In this document: positions 8,666 to 17,800 of the stretch, piece after piece
How positions within the stretch are numbered: position 1 is the first letter of the stretch
Layout: each line of letters starts with the position of its first letter
Source: Phycisphaerae bacterium
Lineage (GTDB): Bacteria; Planctomycetota; Phycisphaerae; FEN-1346
DNA length: 64,000 bases
Direction of reading: 5' to 3'
Assembly (NCBI GenBank): GCA_035527275.1
Contig: DATLBA010000122.1
Coordinates: 19,764-83,763 of the forward strand
The notes under the pieces: model-generated
Told to the model about the DNA's origin: nothing
Seen by the model: only the letters and a program-made list of their open reading frames with translations
Databases searched by the model: none
Made by a program: the position numbers and the translations under genes

Positions 8666-8871
8666 TCTGGCGACCGAAACCAGGCCAGCGCGTGGTGGTC
8701 CGTTACAACCGGCTCGCCCGGCGATTCTTTCCGCACCACGGCCGGGAGGCGACGGTCGAGACGGTCGGCGACGGGCCCGGCCCGATTAACGCCCAAGTCC
8801 GATTCGACGACGGGATTCGCGTGATCGTCCCTCGAGGAAATCTGTTTCCGGGTGGAGGATGCGGACCATGA
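8662..8871 (+). CDS. hypothetical small protein
   Basis: ATGA overlap with the upstream gene; 69 aa. Confidence 0.4.
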   Translation: MIWRPKPGQRVVVRYNRLARRFFPHHGREATVETVGDGPGPINAQVRFDDGIRVIVPRGNLFPGGGCGP

Positions 8872-9074
8872 GTCTGACCGATGGACGGTGGGGCGACAGG
8901 GGTCATTGTCCGAAGTGCGGGCGCTTCTGCGGTGATGTTGTCGGCACAACGAGCGAGAGCCGCGGGCTTGAGCGCGTAGAGGGCACGTGCCGCCAGCACG
9001 GGCGCGTGGATCTGTCGAAACAGGAATGGTCCTATGAGGACTTTGTTGGCGAGGGCGAGGAAGGCGGGCGATGA
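8868..9074 (+). CDS. hypothetical zinc-ribbon protein
   Basis: ATGA overlap. CPKCGRFCGD...CRQHG is present. Confidence 0.35.
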   Translation: MSLTDGRWGDRGHCPKCGRFCGDVVGTTSESRGLERVEGTCRQHGRVDLSKQEWSYEDFVGEGEEGGR

Positions 9075-9259
9075 GCACCGGCGACTTCATCATGCCGTTC
9101 GGAAAGTATCAGGGAAAACTTCTATCGGACATTCCGACCAAGTATCTGGACTACATGCTCGGCCTCAACAATCTCTGGCCTGGAACGAGAGCCGCCATTC
9201 TCGCTCATCTGCGCACGCGGGGGAACTGGCAAAGAATGGAGGAAGCGGGCGATGTCTGA
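9071..9259 (+). CDS. DUF3820-like small protein
   Basis: MPFGKYQGKLLSDIPTKYLDYMLGL matches the DUF3820 pattern. ATGA overlap. Confidence 0.5.
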   Translation: MSTGDFIMPFGKYQGKLLSDIPTKYLDYMLGLNNLWPGTRAAILAHLRTRGNWQRMEEAGDV

Positions 9260-9725
9260 GCGAGACAAGTGTCCGGGATGCGGGGCGAGTGGCCTGACCG
9301 ATGCCGAGCAGGACGCCGGCAAATGCTACGATTGCCAACGGTCGGCCCGGAAGGAAAGCGAACTGCGCCGTCAACTCGCCGATGCGAAGGCCGAGGTCGG
9401 GCGGCTGCAAAAGTATGCTGATGTTGCAGAGGCCGTGTCTCAGGCCATTGCTGAAGCGAGGGAGAAGAGGGTCGTGGACGAACTCCGGGCCACGCTACTT
9501 GTGAACTTCGAGAAAGGCTGTGGGCGGCCGGCTGAGTGGGTTGGCCTCGAAAACAAGGGGCACACGCTTGGCCTGTTGATGGTCACGCTGGGGCGGCTAT
9601 TGAATCGCATCGGCGACCTGGAGGCCGAGGCTAAGCGGTCGCGGGAGACGAACCGCCGGCTGAACCGACGCTGTCAAAAACGCGAAGCGGCTTTGGCGAA
9701 GTTGCGCAGGCCGAGCCGAAACTAA
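9252..9725 (+). CDS. hypothetical zinc-ribbon / coiled-coil protein
   Basis: CPGCG...CYDCQ at the N-terminus. RBS GGAGGAAG. Confidence 0.45.
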   Translation: MSERDKCPGCGASGLTDAEQDAGKCYDCQRSARKESELRRQLADAKAEVGRLQKYADVAEAVSQAIAEAREKRVVDELRATLLVNFEKGCGRPAEWVGLENKGHTLGLLMVTLGRLLNRIGDLEAEAKRSRETNRRLNRRCQKREAALAKLRRPSRN

Positions 9726-9753
9726 CCGAACCGGGATTGAAAGGGGAAGGGCG

Positions 9754-10023
9754 ATGGCGAGCAAAGGACTTACGGTGCAGGACATTCTCATCTTGTGGCT
9801 TACCGACCACGGCTACGACGGCCTTGTTTCCGATGGTGCGGACTGTGGTTGCCTTCTCGATGATCTAATCCCGTGCGATGCGCCGTGCGAAACCTGCCGG
9901 CCGGGATACCGCGGCCCGGACCTAACTGGTGAGGGCGATTGGGCCATTTACGGCTCTCGTGAGGCTGTGGGCCAAGCCCTCGCCGCGAGCAAGGCGCTGG
10001 CTGACGGAGAGGCGGACGGATGA
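9754..10023 (+). CDS. hypothetical Cys-rich protein
   Basis: RBS GAAAGGGGAAGG; 89 aa. Confidence 0.45.
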   Translation: MASKGLTVQDILILWLTDHGYDGLVSDGADCGCLLDDLIPCDAPCETCRPGYRGPDLTGEGDWAIYGSREAVGQALAASKALADGEADG

Positions 10024-10295
10024 GCGTATATGTTGACATCCTCAAGCCCTGTGCGCCGAGCCGCGTCTGGCGGTGGGGAGAGTCGTGTCATTTACTCGCC
10101 GATAGCGGGGCGGAGTTGCATGAATTCGCCCGGCGACTCGGCCTAGAAAGGTCGTGGTTTCAGGCGCGATCGGTGCTGCCGCACTACGACCTCACCGCCG
10201 GCAAACGGGAGACGGCCGTCCGCCTGGGGGCAACGGAGATCGGGGATCAAGACGTTGTTGGCCTCATGCGCCGAACGAGGGAGGCAAAAAAATGA
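10020..10295 (+). CDS. DUF4031-family protein
   Basis: MSVYVDILKP...HLLADSGAELHEFARRLGLERSWF...HYDLTAGKRETAVRLGA fits the DUF4031 pattern. Confidence 0.55.
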   Translation: MSVYVDILKPCAPSRVWRWGESCHLLADSGAELHEFARRLGLERSWFQARSVLPHYDLTAGKRETAVRLGATEIGDQDVVGLMRRTREAKK

Positions 10296-11269
10296 CACAA
10301 CCTGCTCGTGCTTCGCAGCGAAGCGCCGCTTCGCAGAGTAGTAAACGAATCGCCAGGGGGCTTTATTGGGACCGGGCTTGGTCGCTGGTGGAGGGTTGCA
10401 CGCCCGTCTCCGCCGGCTGCCGGCACTGCTGGTCGGCCGGCCAGACGCGGACACGCGCAGGCCAGTCGAACTGCAAGATAAAAGCGCGGTACGCGGGCCT
10501 CACGAAAAATACGAGCGAGGGCCCGCGCTTCAATGGAACGATCCGCCTCATGGAAGCGGATCTCGAGAAGCCTCTGCGGGTGCGCAAGCCCACGACTTGG
10601 GCGATCTGGAACGACCTCTTTCACCCGGACGTGCCGGATGAGTTCGTCGACCGCGCGTTCGCCGTCATGGCGCTTTGCCCGCAGCATACGTTCCTGGTGC
10701 TGACGAAGCGGCCGGAGCGGGCCGAGGCGTATGTCCGTGCCGGGCATCAGGCGCTGTGGGGGCGATGGGGCCGTGCGGCGTTGACTGTCGCCTGTGGGAC
10801 AATGGAATGGGTTGGCACGTTCCGCGGGGTTGACCCCCTGCCCTGGCCCCTGCCGAATGTCTGGCTTGGCGTCTCGGTCGAGGACCAGCCCACGGCCGAC
10901 GAGCGCCTGCCCTATCTCCGGGAACCGTCCGCCCAGGGCTGGCACACGTTCGTAAGCGTCGAGCCGATGTTGGGTTCCGTATATTTGGGCGATGCGCTGA
11001 AAGTACCCGAACCCCTCGAGGGGGTTATCTGCGGCTGTGAGTCGGGGCCGAAGCGGCGCATCGACTCGGTAAACTGGTGGCTCTGGGTGAAGGCCCTGAA
11101 AGATGAATGCGTTGCCGGCGGCGTACCGTTCTTCCTCAAGCAAGGCGAGGGATGGGGCGGCTGTGTTGTCAAGATGCCACTTCTCGACGGCCGGCGGTGG
11201 GACGAGATGCCGGAGGAGATGAAGGGGAAAGCCCGCGGATTGTCCCGGCGCGCCGGGATGGGTGGATAG
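10292..11269 (+). CDS. phage Gp37/Gp68-family protein (DUF5131)
   Basis: LYWDRAWSLVEGCTPVSAGCRHCW matches the characteristic N-terminus of this family (C-x5-C-x2-C). RBS GAGGGAGG. The 5' end contains the inverted-repeat copy at 10305..10343. Confidence 0.6.
   Translation: MTQPARASQRSAASQSSKRIARGLYWDRAWSLVEGCTPVSAGCRHCWSAGQTRTRAGQSNCKIKARYAGLTKNTSEGPRFNGTIRLMEADLEKPLRVRKPTTWAIWNDLFHPDVPDEFVDRAFAVMALCPQHTFLVLTKRPERAEAYVRAGHQALWGRWGRAALTVACGTMEWVGTFRGVDPLPWPLPNVWLGVSVEDQPTADERLPYLREPSAQGWHTFVSVEPMLGSVYLGDALKVPEPLEGVICGCESGPKRRIDSVNWWLWVKALKDECVAGGVPFFLKQGEGWGGCVVKMPLLDGRRWDEMPEEMKGKARGLSRRAGMGG
10305..10343. repeat. inverted copy of the 39-bp element at 14..52
   Basis: 38/39 identity to the reverse complement of 14..52. 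Confidence 0.6.
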
Positions 11270-11485
11270 ATGGAGCGCATCGGCGGACTGCTCGGCTTGG
11301 CGTTCTGCGCCGCTCAGGCTGTGGCCTTGGGAGGAGGGCTGATCGTGATGGTCGTCGGTGGAAACGGCGACGCTTGGCTTCGTTGGACCTTGCCGCCGAT
11401 GATCGGCCTGGGGATGGTGCTCGTGTACGGCCTGCCGCTCGTTGGCGTCTCGGCGGCGCTTTGGCGGGTTTTTAGGGATGGATAG
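11270..11485 (+). CDS. small membrane protein (2 TM helices)
   Basis: Hydrophobic 71-aa ORF directly after the stop at 11269. Confidence 0.4.
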   Translation: MERIGGLLGLAFCAAQAVALGGGLIVMVVGGNGDAWLRWTLPPMIGLGMVLVYGLPLVGVSAALWRVFRDG

Positions 11486-11617
11486 GGTGCAAGAACGTGC
11501 GGCTGAAAAATCGGTGACGGGTCCTTTTTTTGTCCTGCGTTTTCCGGTGGGCGCGGGGAACAATCCTAGACCTGGCTATTCTTTCTTTCGTGGGAAAAAC
11601 GCGAGGAGGACCGACAA

Positions 11618-13015
11618 GTGGGAAAACGCAAACCGCCGCGGAAATTGCCCCGGGCTCCCCACAAAAAGGGTTCTGTGGGGGATACGAAAAAGGGTTCCGG
11701 GGCTCTGGTGAAGGCGGCGGGCGGGCTGGTGGTCGAGCGGGTGCGGGTTGAAGATCTGTTGCTCGATCCCGCGAACGTCCGGCTGCACGACGAGCGGAAT
11801 CTTGCGGCTCTGGTCGCCAGCCTGAAGCGGTTCGGGCAGCAGAAGCCCATCGTCGTGGACGCCCATGGCATCATCGTCGCCGGGAACGCCACGCTGGACG
11901 CGGCCCGGCGGCTGGGCTGGACGCACCTGGACGTCGTGCGGACGGGGCTGGAGGGGGCGGAGCGAATGGCCTACGGGATCGCTGACAACCGGCTCGCCGA
12001 ACTCGCCACATGGGACGACCAGGCGCTGGCGGACCTGCTGGAGGCTTTGCGGGCCGAGGACGAGTCGTTGCCCGGAGATGCGGGGTTCCTCGAGGAGGAC
12101 CTGGCGGTGCTCCTGGCCGGGAACGTGAAAGAGGGGGAGACGGACCCGGATGCCGTGCCGGAAGCGCCGAAGAAGGCGGTGAGCAAGCGGAGCGAGGTGT
12201 ATCTCCTCGGAGAGCACCGGCTGATGTGTGGGGATTCGACAAAGACGGAGGATGTGGGGCGGCTGATGGGGGCGGAAACAGCAGAAACGCTTTTTACATC
12301 TCCCCCGTATTGGACAGGTAAGGACTATGACAAAGCGTGTGGTTCGCAGGGGGTTGTCCGTTTTATGGATCGGTTCGCTAACACGTGGACCAACGTGATA
12401 AATAGACGCATTATAATAGAAAGTTTCTTCACCACAAATCAAAAAACAATCGGTGATGGGGGACCGATGCGTAAGGTTTTGCTTTGTGCCATGTGGCAGA
12501 AAGCAATGGAAGATCACGGTTGGCTGTTACGTCACCTGCGCTGGTGGTTGAAGCAGGGAACCTTGCCACATACGACACCCGTAAGCGATATGGTGGACGA
12601 GTCCTGCGAAGGCCTTTTCGTCTTTTATCGCCCAGGCCACAACGAGGGCGGGATGGAGCGCGTTGGAGAAGAATGGGTTTGTCGCGGATATTGGGACGAT
12701 GTGCCCGGCAGGCACGATCAAGAACATCCGGCCGTGTTTCCCGTGGAGATTCCGAGTCGCATGATTCGACTTTATTCGCGGCCCGGAGCCATCATCGCAG
12801 AGCCTTTTTCCGGTTCCGGCACGACCATCATCGCCGCCGAGCAGTTGGGACGGCGGTGTTTCGGTATGGAAATTGAGCCGCGGTACGTGGACGTGGCGCG
12901 ACGGCGGTGGGCCGAGTTCGTCCACGGCGAAGGATGCGCCTGGCAAGCGTTGACGCCCAAGGAAGGCGACGCGAAACCCCGGCGCCGACCGGGCCGGAAG
13001 AAAGGCGGCCGATAG
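11618..13015 (+). CDS. ParB N-terminal domain fused to a DNA (N6-adenine/N4-cytosine) methyltransferase
   Basis: ParB-like region (VEDLLLDPANVRLHDERNLAALVASLKRFGQQKPIVV...GNATLDAARRLG). Methyltransferase motifs FTSPPYW (catalytic motif IV, SPPY) and EPFSGSGTT (SAM-binding motif I). GTG start after GAGGAGGA. Confidence 0.7.
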   Translation: MGKRKPPRKLPRAPHKKGSVGDTKKGSGALVKAAGGLVVERVRVEDLLLDPANVRLHDERNLAALVASLKRFGQQKPIVVDAHGIIVAGNATLDAARRLGWTHLDVVRTGLEGAERMAYGIADNRLAELATWDDQALADLLEALRAEDESLPGDAGFLEEDLAVLLAGNVKEGETDPDAVPEAPKKAVSKRSEVYLLGEHRLMCGDSTKTEDVGRLMGAETAETLFTSPPYWTGKDYDKACGSQGVVRFMDRFANTWTNVINRRIIIESFFTTNQKTIGDGGPMRKVLLCAMWQKAMEDHGWLLRHLRWWLKQGTLPHTTPVSDMVDESCEGLFVFYRPGHNEGGMERVGEEWVCRGYWDDVPGRHDQEHPAVFPVEIPSRMIRLYSRPGAIIAEPFSGSGTTIIAAEQLGRRCFGMEIEPRYVDVARRRWAEFVHGEGCAWQALTPKEGDAKPRRRPGRKKGGR

Positions 13016-13641
13016 TGGCGAAACGGCAACCGGGCCGGACGGCCGAGGCCCGCAAACAGATCATAGCCCTCATCGTCGCCGCCGCCGGCGGGCGGAAGGA
13101 CCTGGTCTGGCTCGATGCCGCCATCCGCAAGGCCGGATATGTCGGCATTCGCGGGACGGGTGCGGCAGCGACGGAATCGGGCGTGGAGCGGGTGGTACTC
13201 TGGATAGTGAGCGGTCTCTTCGGCGCCGATCTGGAAGGGGCGTGCGTCTCCAAACTCGGCATTGGTCCGGCCGGCGTGAAGGATATAATTGCCGAAGCGC
13301 GGAAAAGGATTACGATTGCGGCCGACTTCGCCCGGGACGAGCAGATCGGGAAGGCGGTTCTGCGGCTTGAAGATATCTATGCGAAAAGTATGACGACGGC
13401 CGGTGCAGATCCCCGGACGGCGCTTCAGGCGCAGAAGGAGTTGAATCACCTCATGGGTCTTTACCCCGCCGACGAATCGGGCGAAGGGGGGTTGCCCGAG
13501 GACGAGGACGACGCCCGCCGGCGGCTGGAAGTGATCGCCTCTTATCTTTTGCCCCTGAAGTTGGCGGGCGGAAAGTATCCGGTAGAGGAGCACGCGAGAG
13601 TTGCCAGTGAAATCCTCCGTGATCGCGCAAACCGCGTATGA
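13015..13641 (+). CDS. putative terminase small subunit
   Basis: Sits immediately upstream of the large terminase. GTG overlaps the preceding stop. The start is uncertain. Confidence 0.35.
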   Translation: MAKRQPGRTAEARKQIIALIVAAAGGRKDLVWLDAAIRKAGYVGIRGTGAAATESGVERVVLWIVSGLFGADLEGACVSKLGIGPAGVKDIIAEARKRITIAADFARDEQIGKAVLRLEDIYAKSMTTAGADPRTALQAQKELNHLMGLYPADESGEGGLPEDEDDARRRLEVIASYLLPLKLAGGKYPVEEHARVASEILRDRANRV

Positions 13642-15670
13642 TCGACATCGTGCCCGGGCGAAGGCCAGGAGCGCGGCGATCACCCTGGCCGGCCAGGACA
13701 TCGCCCCGCTGCCGCCGATCCGGAATCGGAAAAGGCGGGCGCGGGCGGAGCGGGAGTTCCGGTTCTTTTGCGAGACTTATTTTCCCCAGGTCTTCAGCCT
13801 GCCGTGGTGTCAGGATCACTTGCGGGTCATCAAGAAAATAGAACGGGTCGTCCGTCACCGCGAGACGCTGGCCGTCGCCATGCCGCGCGGGTCCGGGAAA
13901 ACTTCTTTATGTTTGGCGGCCGTGCTGTGGGCGATCCTTCCGGCATGGCATCTTTACGTCGAACTAATTGGCGCTACGGACAAGCGGGGGCAGGAACTGC
14001 TCGAAAGCCTGAAAAGCCACCTGGCGGGGAACGATGGACTGTTGGAGGATTTTCCTGAGGCTGCTTATCCGATCCGAATGCTGGAAGGCGAGTCGAGGCG
14101 GTGCGCGGGTCAAAGGTACTACGGCGTCCCGACGAGGATCGAATGGCTGAACGATTTGCTCGTCCTTCCGACGATCCCCGGAAGCCGGTCGGCGGAGACG
14201 GTGATCCGCGTAGCGGGGTTGACGGGGCACATTCGCGGCGCCCTTCACACGCGCTCCGACGGGACGCAGATCCGGCCGACTCTGGTCATTTGCGACGATC
14301 CCCAAACGGACGAATCGGCCCGAAGCCCGGTTCAGACGGCGCAGCGCCTGGCGATCATCCAGCGGACGATTCTCGGCCTGGCGGGTCCTACCAGCGGGAT
14401 CGGTGTCATCGTCCCCTGTACCGTGATCTGCCCGGGGGACCTGGCCGAATCGCTTCTCGACCGCGAAAAACACCCGGAATGGCGCGGCGAGCGAACGAAG
14501 ATGATGTATGCGTTTCCGAAGAACAAGAAACTCTGGACCGAGTACGCCCGGCGCCGGGGGGAGTCGCTTCGCGCGAAGGAAGACATCAGCGAGGCGACGG
14601 AGTTCTACAAAAAACATCGGAAGGCGATGGACAGGGAAGCCATCGTGGCGTGGCCCGAACGGTTCGGGCCCGGCGAGGTGTCGGGGATCCAGTGTGCCAT
14701 GAACCTGAAGATCCAGGACGAGGCGGCCTTTATGAGCGAATACCAAAACGAGCCGATCGAGGAGCACGGGGAGATGGACGTCCTCGCCCCGAGCGATGTG
14801 GCGGCAAGGTTCTCGGGCCGGCCGCGGGGGGAGGTGCCCCTGGAGTGCCGTATCGTGACGGCGTTCATCGACGTTCACGATCGCGTCCTCTACTGGATCG
14901 CCTGTGCCTGGGCCGAAGGGTTCAAAGGCTACATCGTCGATTACGGGACCTGGCCGCCGCAGAAGAGGAGTTGGTTCACGCTGGAGACGGCGCCGAGGAC
15001 CCTGGGCCGGTCCTTTCCCAAAATCGGGACGGACGGAGCGATCCAGGCGGGCCTTGAGTCTCTCGTCGGGACGATGCTGGCAAGGGAATGGAGAAGGGCC
15101 GGAAACGGGGGCGTCCTTCGGATCGAAAGGTGCCTGGTGGACTCGGGCTACAAGGCGGGGATCGTGGCGGCCGTCAAGCACAAGGTCGGCGGCGCGACGA
15201 TGGTCCTGTCGAGGGGCGTCGGGATCCGGGCCGGTTCGCGGCCGATGACGAGTTACCGGCGCAAGGCCGGCGAGGTTCACGGCTACAACTGGTATATGCC
15301 GAACGTCGCGGGATCGAAGGAGTTTCCCTACGTGGCGTTCGATGCGAACTGGTGGAAGACGTTCGTCCACAAGAGGTTGAGCGTGGCGCCGGGCGACCCG
15401 GATTCGCTCATGCTTTTCGGCAAGAGCGCCGAGGAGCATTCCCTTTTTGCCGAGCATATCGCGGGAAGCGAAACCTGGAACAAGACGACCGGCCACGGCC
15501 GGGAGGTTCAGGAGTGGCGGCTGCGCCCGTCGAAGCCGGACAACCACTGGCTCGATTGTCTCGTGGGCTGCGCCGTTGCGGCCTCGACGTGCGGCATCAC
15601 ATCGGCCGACGCGGGCGCCAGGCCGGCGGGGAAGAAACAGCGTCGAAAGTCCAGGGTGACGTATCTATGA
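13601..15670 (+). CDS. terL: terminase large subunit
   Basis: Walker A MPRGSGKTS, Walker B-like LVICDDP, a C-terminal nuclease-like region, and a size of about 690 aa. The start is ambiguous (TTG 13601 or GTG 13619). Confidence 0.8.
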   Translation: MPVKSSVIAQTAYDRHRARAKARSAAITLAGQDIAPLPPIRNRKRRARAEREFRFFCETYFPQVFSLPWCQDHLRVIKKIERVVRHRETLAVAMPRGSGKTSLCLAAVLWAILPAWHLYVELIGATDKRGQELLESLKSHLAGNDGLLEDFPEAAYPIRMLEGESRRCAGQRYYGVPTRIEWLNDLLVLPTIPGSRSAETVIRVAGLTGHIRGALHTRSDGTQIRPTLVICDDPQTDESARSPVQTAQRLAIIQRTILGLAGPTSGIGVIVPCTVICPGDLAESLLDREKHPEWRGERTKMMYAFPKNKKLWTEYARRRGESLRAKEDISEATEFYKKHRKAMDREAIVAWPERFGPGEVSGIQCAMNLKIQDEAAFMSEYQNEPIEEHGEMDVLAPSDVAARFSGRPRGEVPLECRIVTAFIDVHDRVLYWIACAWAEGFKGYIVDYGTWPPQKRSWFTLETAPRTLGRSFPKIGTDGAIQAGLESLVGTMLAREWRRAGNGGVLRIERCLVDSGYKAGIVAAVKHKVGGATMVLSRGVGIRAGSRPMTSYRRKAGEVHGYNWYMPNVAGSKEFPYVAFDANWWKTFVHKRLSVAPGDPDSLMLFGKSAEEHSLFAEHIAGSETWNKTTGHGREVQEWRLRPSKPDNHWLDCLVGCAVAASTCGITSADAGARPAGKKQRRKSRVTYL

Positions 15671-15703
15671 ACGCACCGGCGTGTGCCGGCAAAGGAGGAT
15701 GTC

Positions 15704-15991
15704 ATGTCAGCAAAGTCCAAGGTGAAACGACCGAGAGGCGCGAAGACGAAGATTTTGCCCGTGGTCGAGGTGAGCCGTAGCCGGTGCCCGAAATGTGAGA
15801 GCACCGAAAGGACGCGCGTCCTTGGCCGTCCGCCGCGTGAGTGGGCCTACAACGGCGTGGACCCCGGCGGCAAACCCTTTACGCACGTCGTCTGGCGGCA
15901 TTGCGTGTGCGTGGCCTGCGGGCAAAGGTTCGTGGAAAAGACCTACGAAAACCGCGTCGCCACTCCTCGCGGGACCCGAAAAAAAGTCTAA
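15704..15991 (+). CDS. hypothetical zinc-ribbon protein
   Basis: AAAGGAGGA RBS before ATG 15704. CPKC...CVAC is present. Confidence 0.45.
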   Translation: MSAKSKVKRPRGAKTKILPVVEVSRSRCPKCESTERTRVLGRPPREWAYNGVDPGGKPFTHVVWRHCVCVACGQRFVEKTYENRVATPRGTRKKV

Positions 15992-16181
15992 GATTCTTAG
16001 TCTATTCTGAAAGTTCATCTTGACGGGTTTTCGTTTGCGCGCCAGAATGTAAGAGTGTAAGTCTGAGTGACATCTGAATACTGCCAAGGAGAGGCCCTGG
16101 CCGGGGTTGCTTCGTGGCGAGCAAGGCCGCTGGACTGTGATCACCAGCCCGGCGGCCTTTCTCTTTGGCTGGAGGCGACGC

Positions 16182-16385
16182 ATGGCGACATATTCCGAAA
16201 CCATGTTGCACAAATACGAGACGCTGCTGGAATCGTCGGCGGGGCTGAACGTGGTGACCATCGACGGGCAGAGCGTCTCGTTCGCCGATCTGGAAGTGAA
16301 GCGAAAATACTGGCAGCGCGAGGTGGCGAAGGAATCCGGCGCGAAACCGGCTGCTTCGACCATCGACCTGTCGAGGACGTTTTGA
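16182..16385 (+). CDS. gpW-like head-tail joining protein
   Basis: LLESSAGLNVVTIDGQSVSFADLEVKRKYWQREV parallels lambda gpW ([33 protein letters not shown]). RBS GGAGG. Lies upstream of the portal gene, as in lambda. Confidence 0.55.
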   Translation: MATYSETMLHKYETLLESSAGLNVVTIDGQSVSFADLEVKRKYWQREVAKESGAKPAASTIDLSRTF

Positions 16386-17800
16386 TGACGGTCGCAACCG
16401 ACAATCGCCGCGTGGTGCTCGGGGCCGACGGGAAGCCCGCGACTCGCCTCGATTACGACGCCGTCGAATCAGGCAAGCGCCGGTCGGCTGCGGTGACGAG
16501 TCTCAAGAGCGAAGACGAACACCTTCCGCCGGAGAAGCGGAAGGCGCTTGTCTCGACGACCCGGGACCTCCAGCGAAACTTCGCCCTCGCCGCCTGGGCG
16601 ATCCGCAAGCATCTCGACTACGTATCCAGTTTTTCCTTCCAGGCCAAGACCGGCGTCCCGGAATTCGACGATTCCCTTGAAGCGCTCGTCCGGTGGTGGT
16701 CGCGGGCGAAGAACATCGACGTGGCCGCCCGTCATCCTCTTCGGCGCATGATTCGGATGGCCGAGGAGCGGCGGACCGTGGACGGGGACGTCTTCCTGAT
16801 GAAACTGGCGGACGGCCGGATCCAGGCCGTCGAGGGCGACCGCGTCAGGAATCCGCTCGTGGCGTTGCCGATCGAGATCGACCTGAAGCGCCTCGTCCAG
16901 GGGGTCCTCATGGATGAGGCGGGCGCGGCGGTCGCCTACGCCGTCAACCGGCGCGGGTCGATAGGCATGATGGGATTCGAGCGTTTCGTAGCGGCCGAGA
17001 ACATGATTCACCACGCCTATTGGGGCCGGTTCGACCAGGTCCGCGGGATCTCTCCCCTGGCGCCGGCGATCAACGCCTTCCGCGACCTGTACGAGGGCAT
17101 GGACTACGCCCTGGCGAAAATCAAGGTCGCGCAGTTGTTCGGGTTGGTGTTCTACCGCGAAAGCGCGGAGTCGGTCGGAATCACGATGGAGGCCGAGGAA
17201 TCGACCGACGAAGCGCCGAAGTATGACGTGGATATCGGCAAGGGGCCGGTCAAACTCGAACTGGAACCCGGCGACCGGGCCGAGTGGCTCGAATCGAAGA
17301 CGCCGGCCGGCGAGACGGTCGTGTTTCTGGATAAGATCGTCGGCCTGGCCCTCAAGGCGCTCGATCTGCCGTACTCGTTCCACGACGAATCCTTCACGAA
17401 CTTCTTCGGGTCCCGGGCGGCCTTGAATCACTATTTGCAGTCAGCCTCTTCCAAACGGGCCGACAACCAGGACGTGCTCGACCACCTGACGCTGTGGCGG
17501 GTGCGGATGTGGATCGACGACGGCGTGTTGAAAGTGCCCGCGAAAGCCCGCCTGGAATGGGATTGGATTCCGCGCGGATTGCCCTGGTGGAACCCGGTCC
17601 AGGAGATCAACGCCGACGTCCAGGCAATCGCGGCCGGCCTGAATTCCAGGACGCGGGTATGCCGGGAACGCGGAGCAGATGTGTATGAGATCATCGACGA
17701 GATCGCCGACGAGAACGCTTATCTGAAAGAGAAGGGTCTGCCGGTGAACGTCGAGCCGGCCAACGTCCAGATCGTGGAGATCGGAAATGAAGGCCAGTGA
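16385..17800 (+). CDS. portal protein (lambda gpB family)
   Basis: ATGA overlap with the gpW-like gene. LQRNFALAAWAIRKHLDYVSSFSFQAKTG and overall similarity to lambda-type portals. Confidence 0.75.
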   Translation: MTVATDNRRVVLGADGKPATRLDYDAVESGKRRSAAVTSLKSEDEHLPPEKRKALVSTTRDLQRNFALAAWAIRKHLDYVSSFSFQAKTGVPEFDDSLEALVRWWSRAKNIDVAARHPLRRMIRMAEERRTVDGDVFLMKLADGRIQAVEGDRVRNPLVALPIEIDLKRLVQGVLMDEAGAAVAYAVNRRGSIGMMGFERFVAAENMIHHAYWGRFDQVRGISPLAPAINAFRDLYEGMDYALAKIKVAQLFGLVFYRESAESVGITMEAEESTDEAPKYDVDIGKGPVKLELEPGDRAEWLESKTPAGETVVFLDKIVGLALKALDLPYSFHDESFTNFFGSRAALNHYLQSASSKRADNQDVLDHLTLWRVRMWIDDGVLKVPAKARLEWDWIPRGLPWWNPVQEINADVQAIAAGLNSRTRVCRERGADVYEIIDEIADENAYLKEKGLPVNVEPANVQIVEIGNEGQ

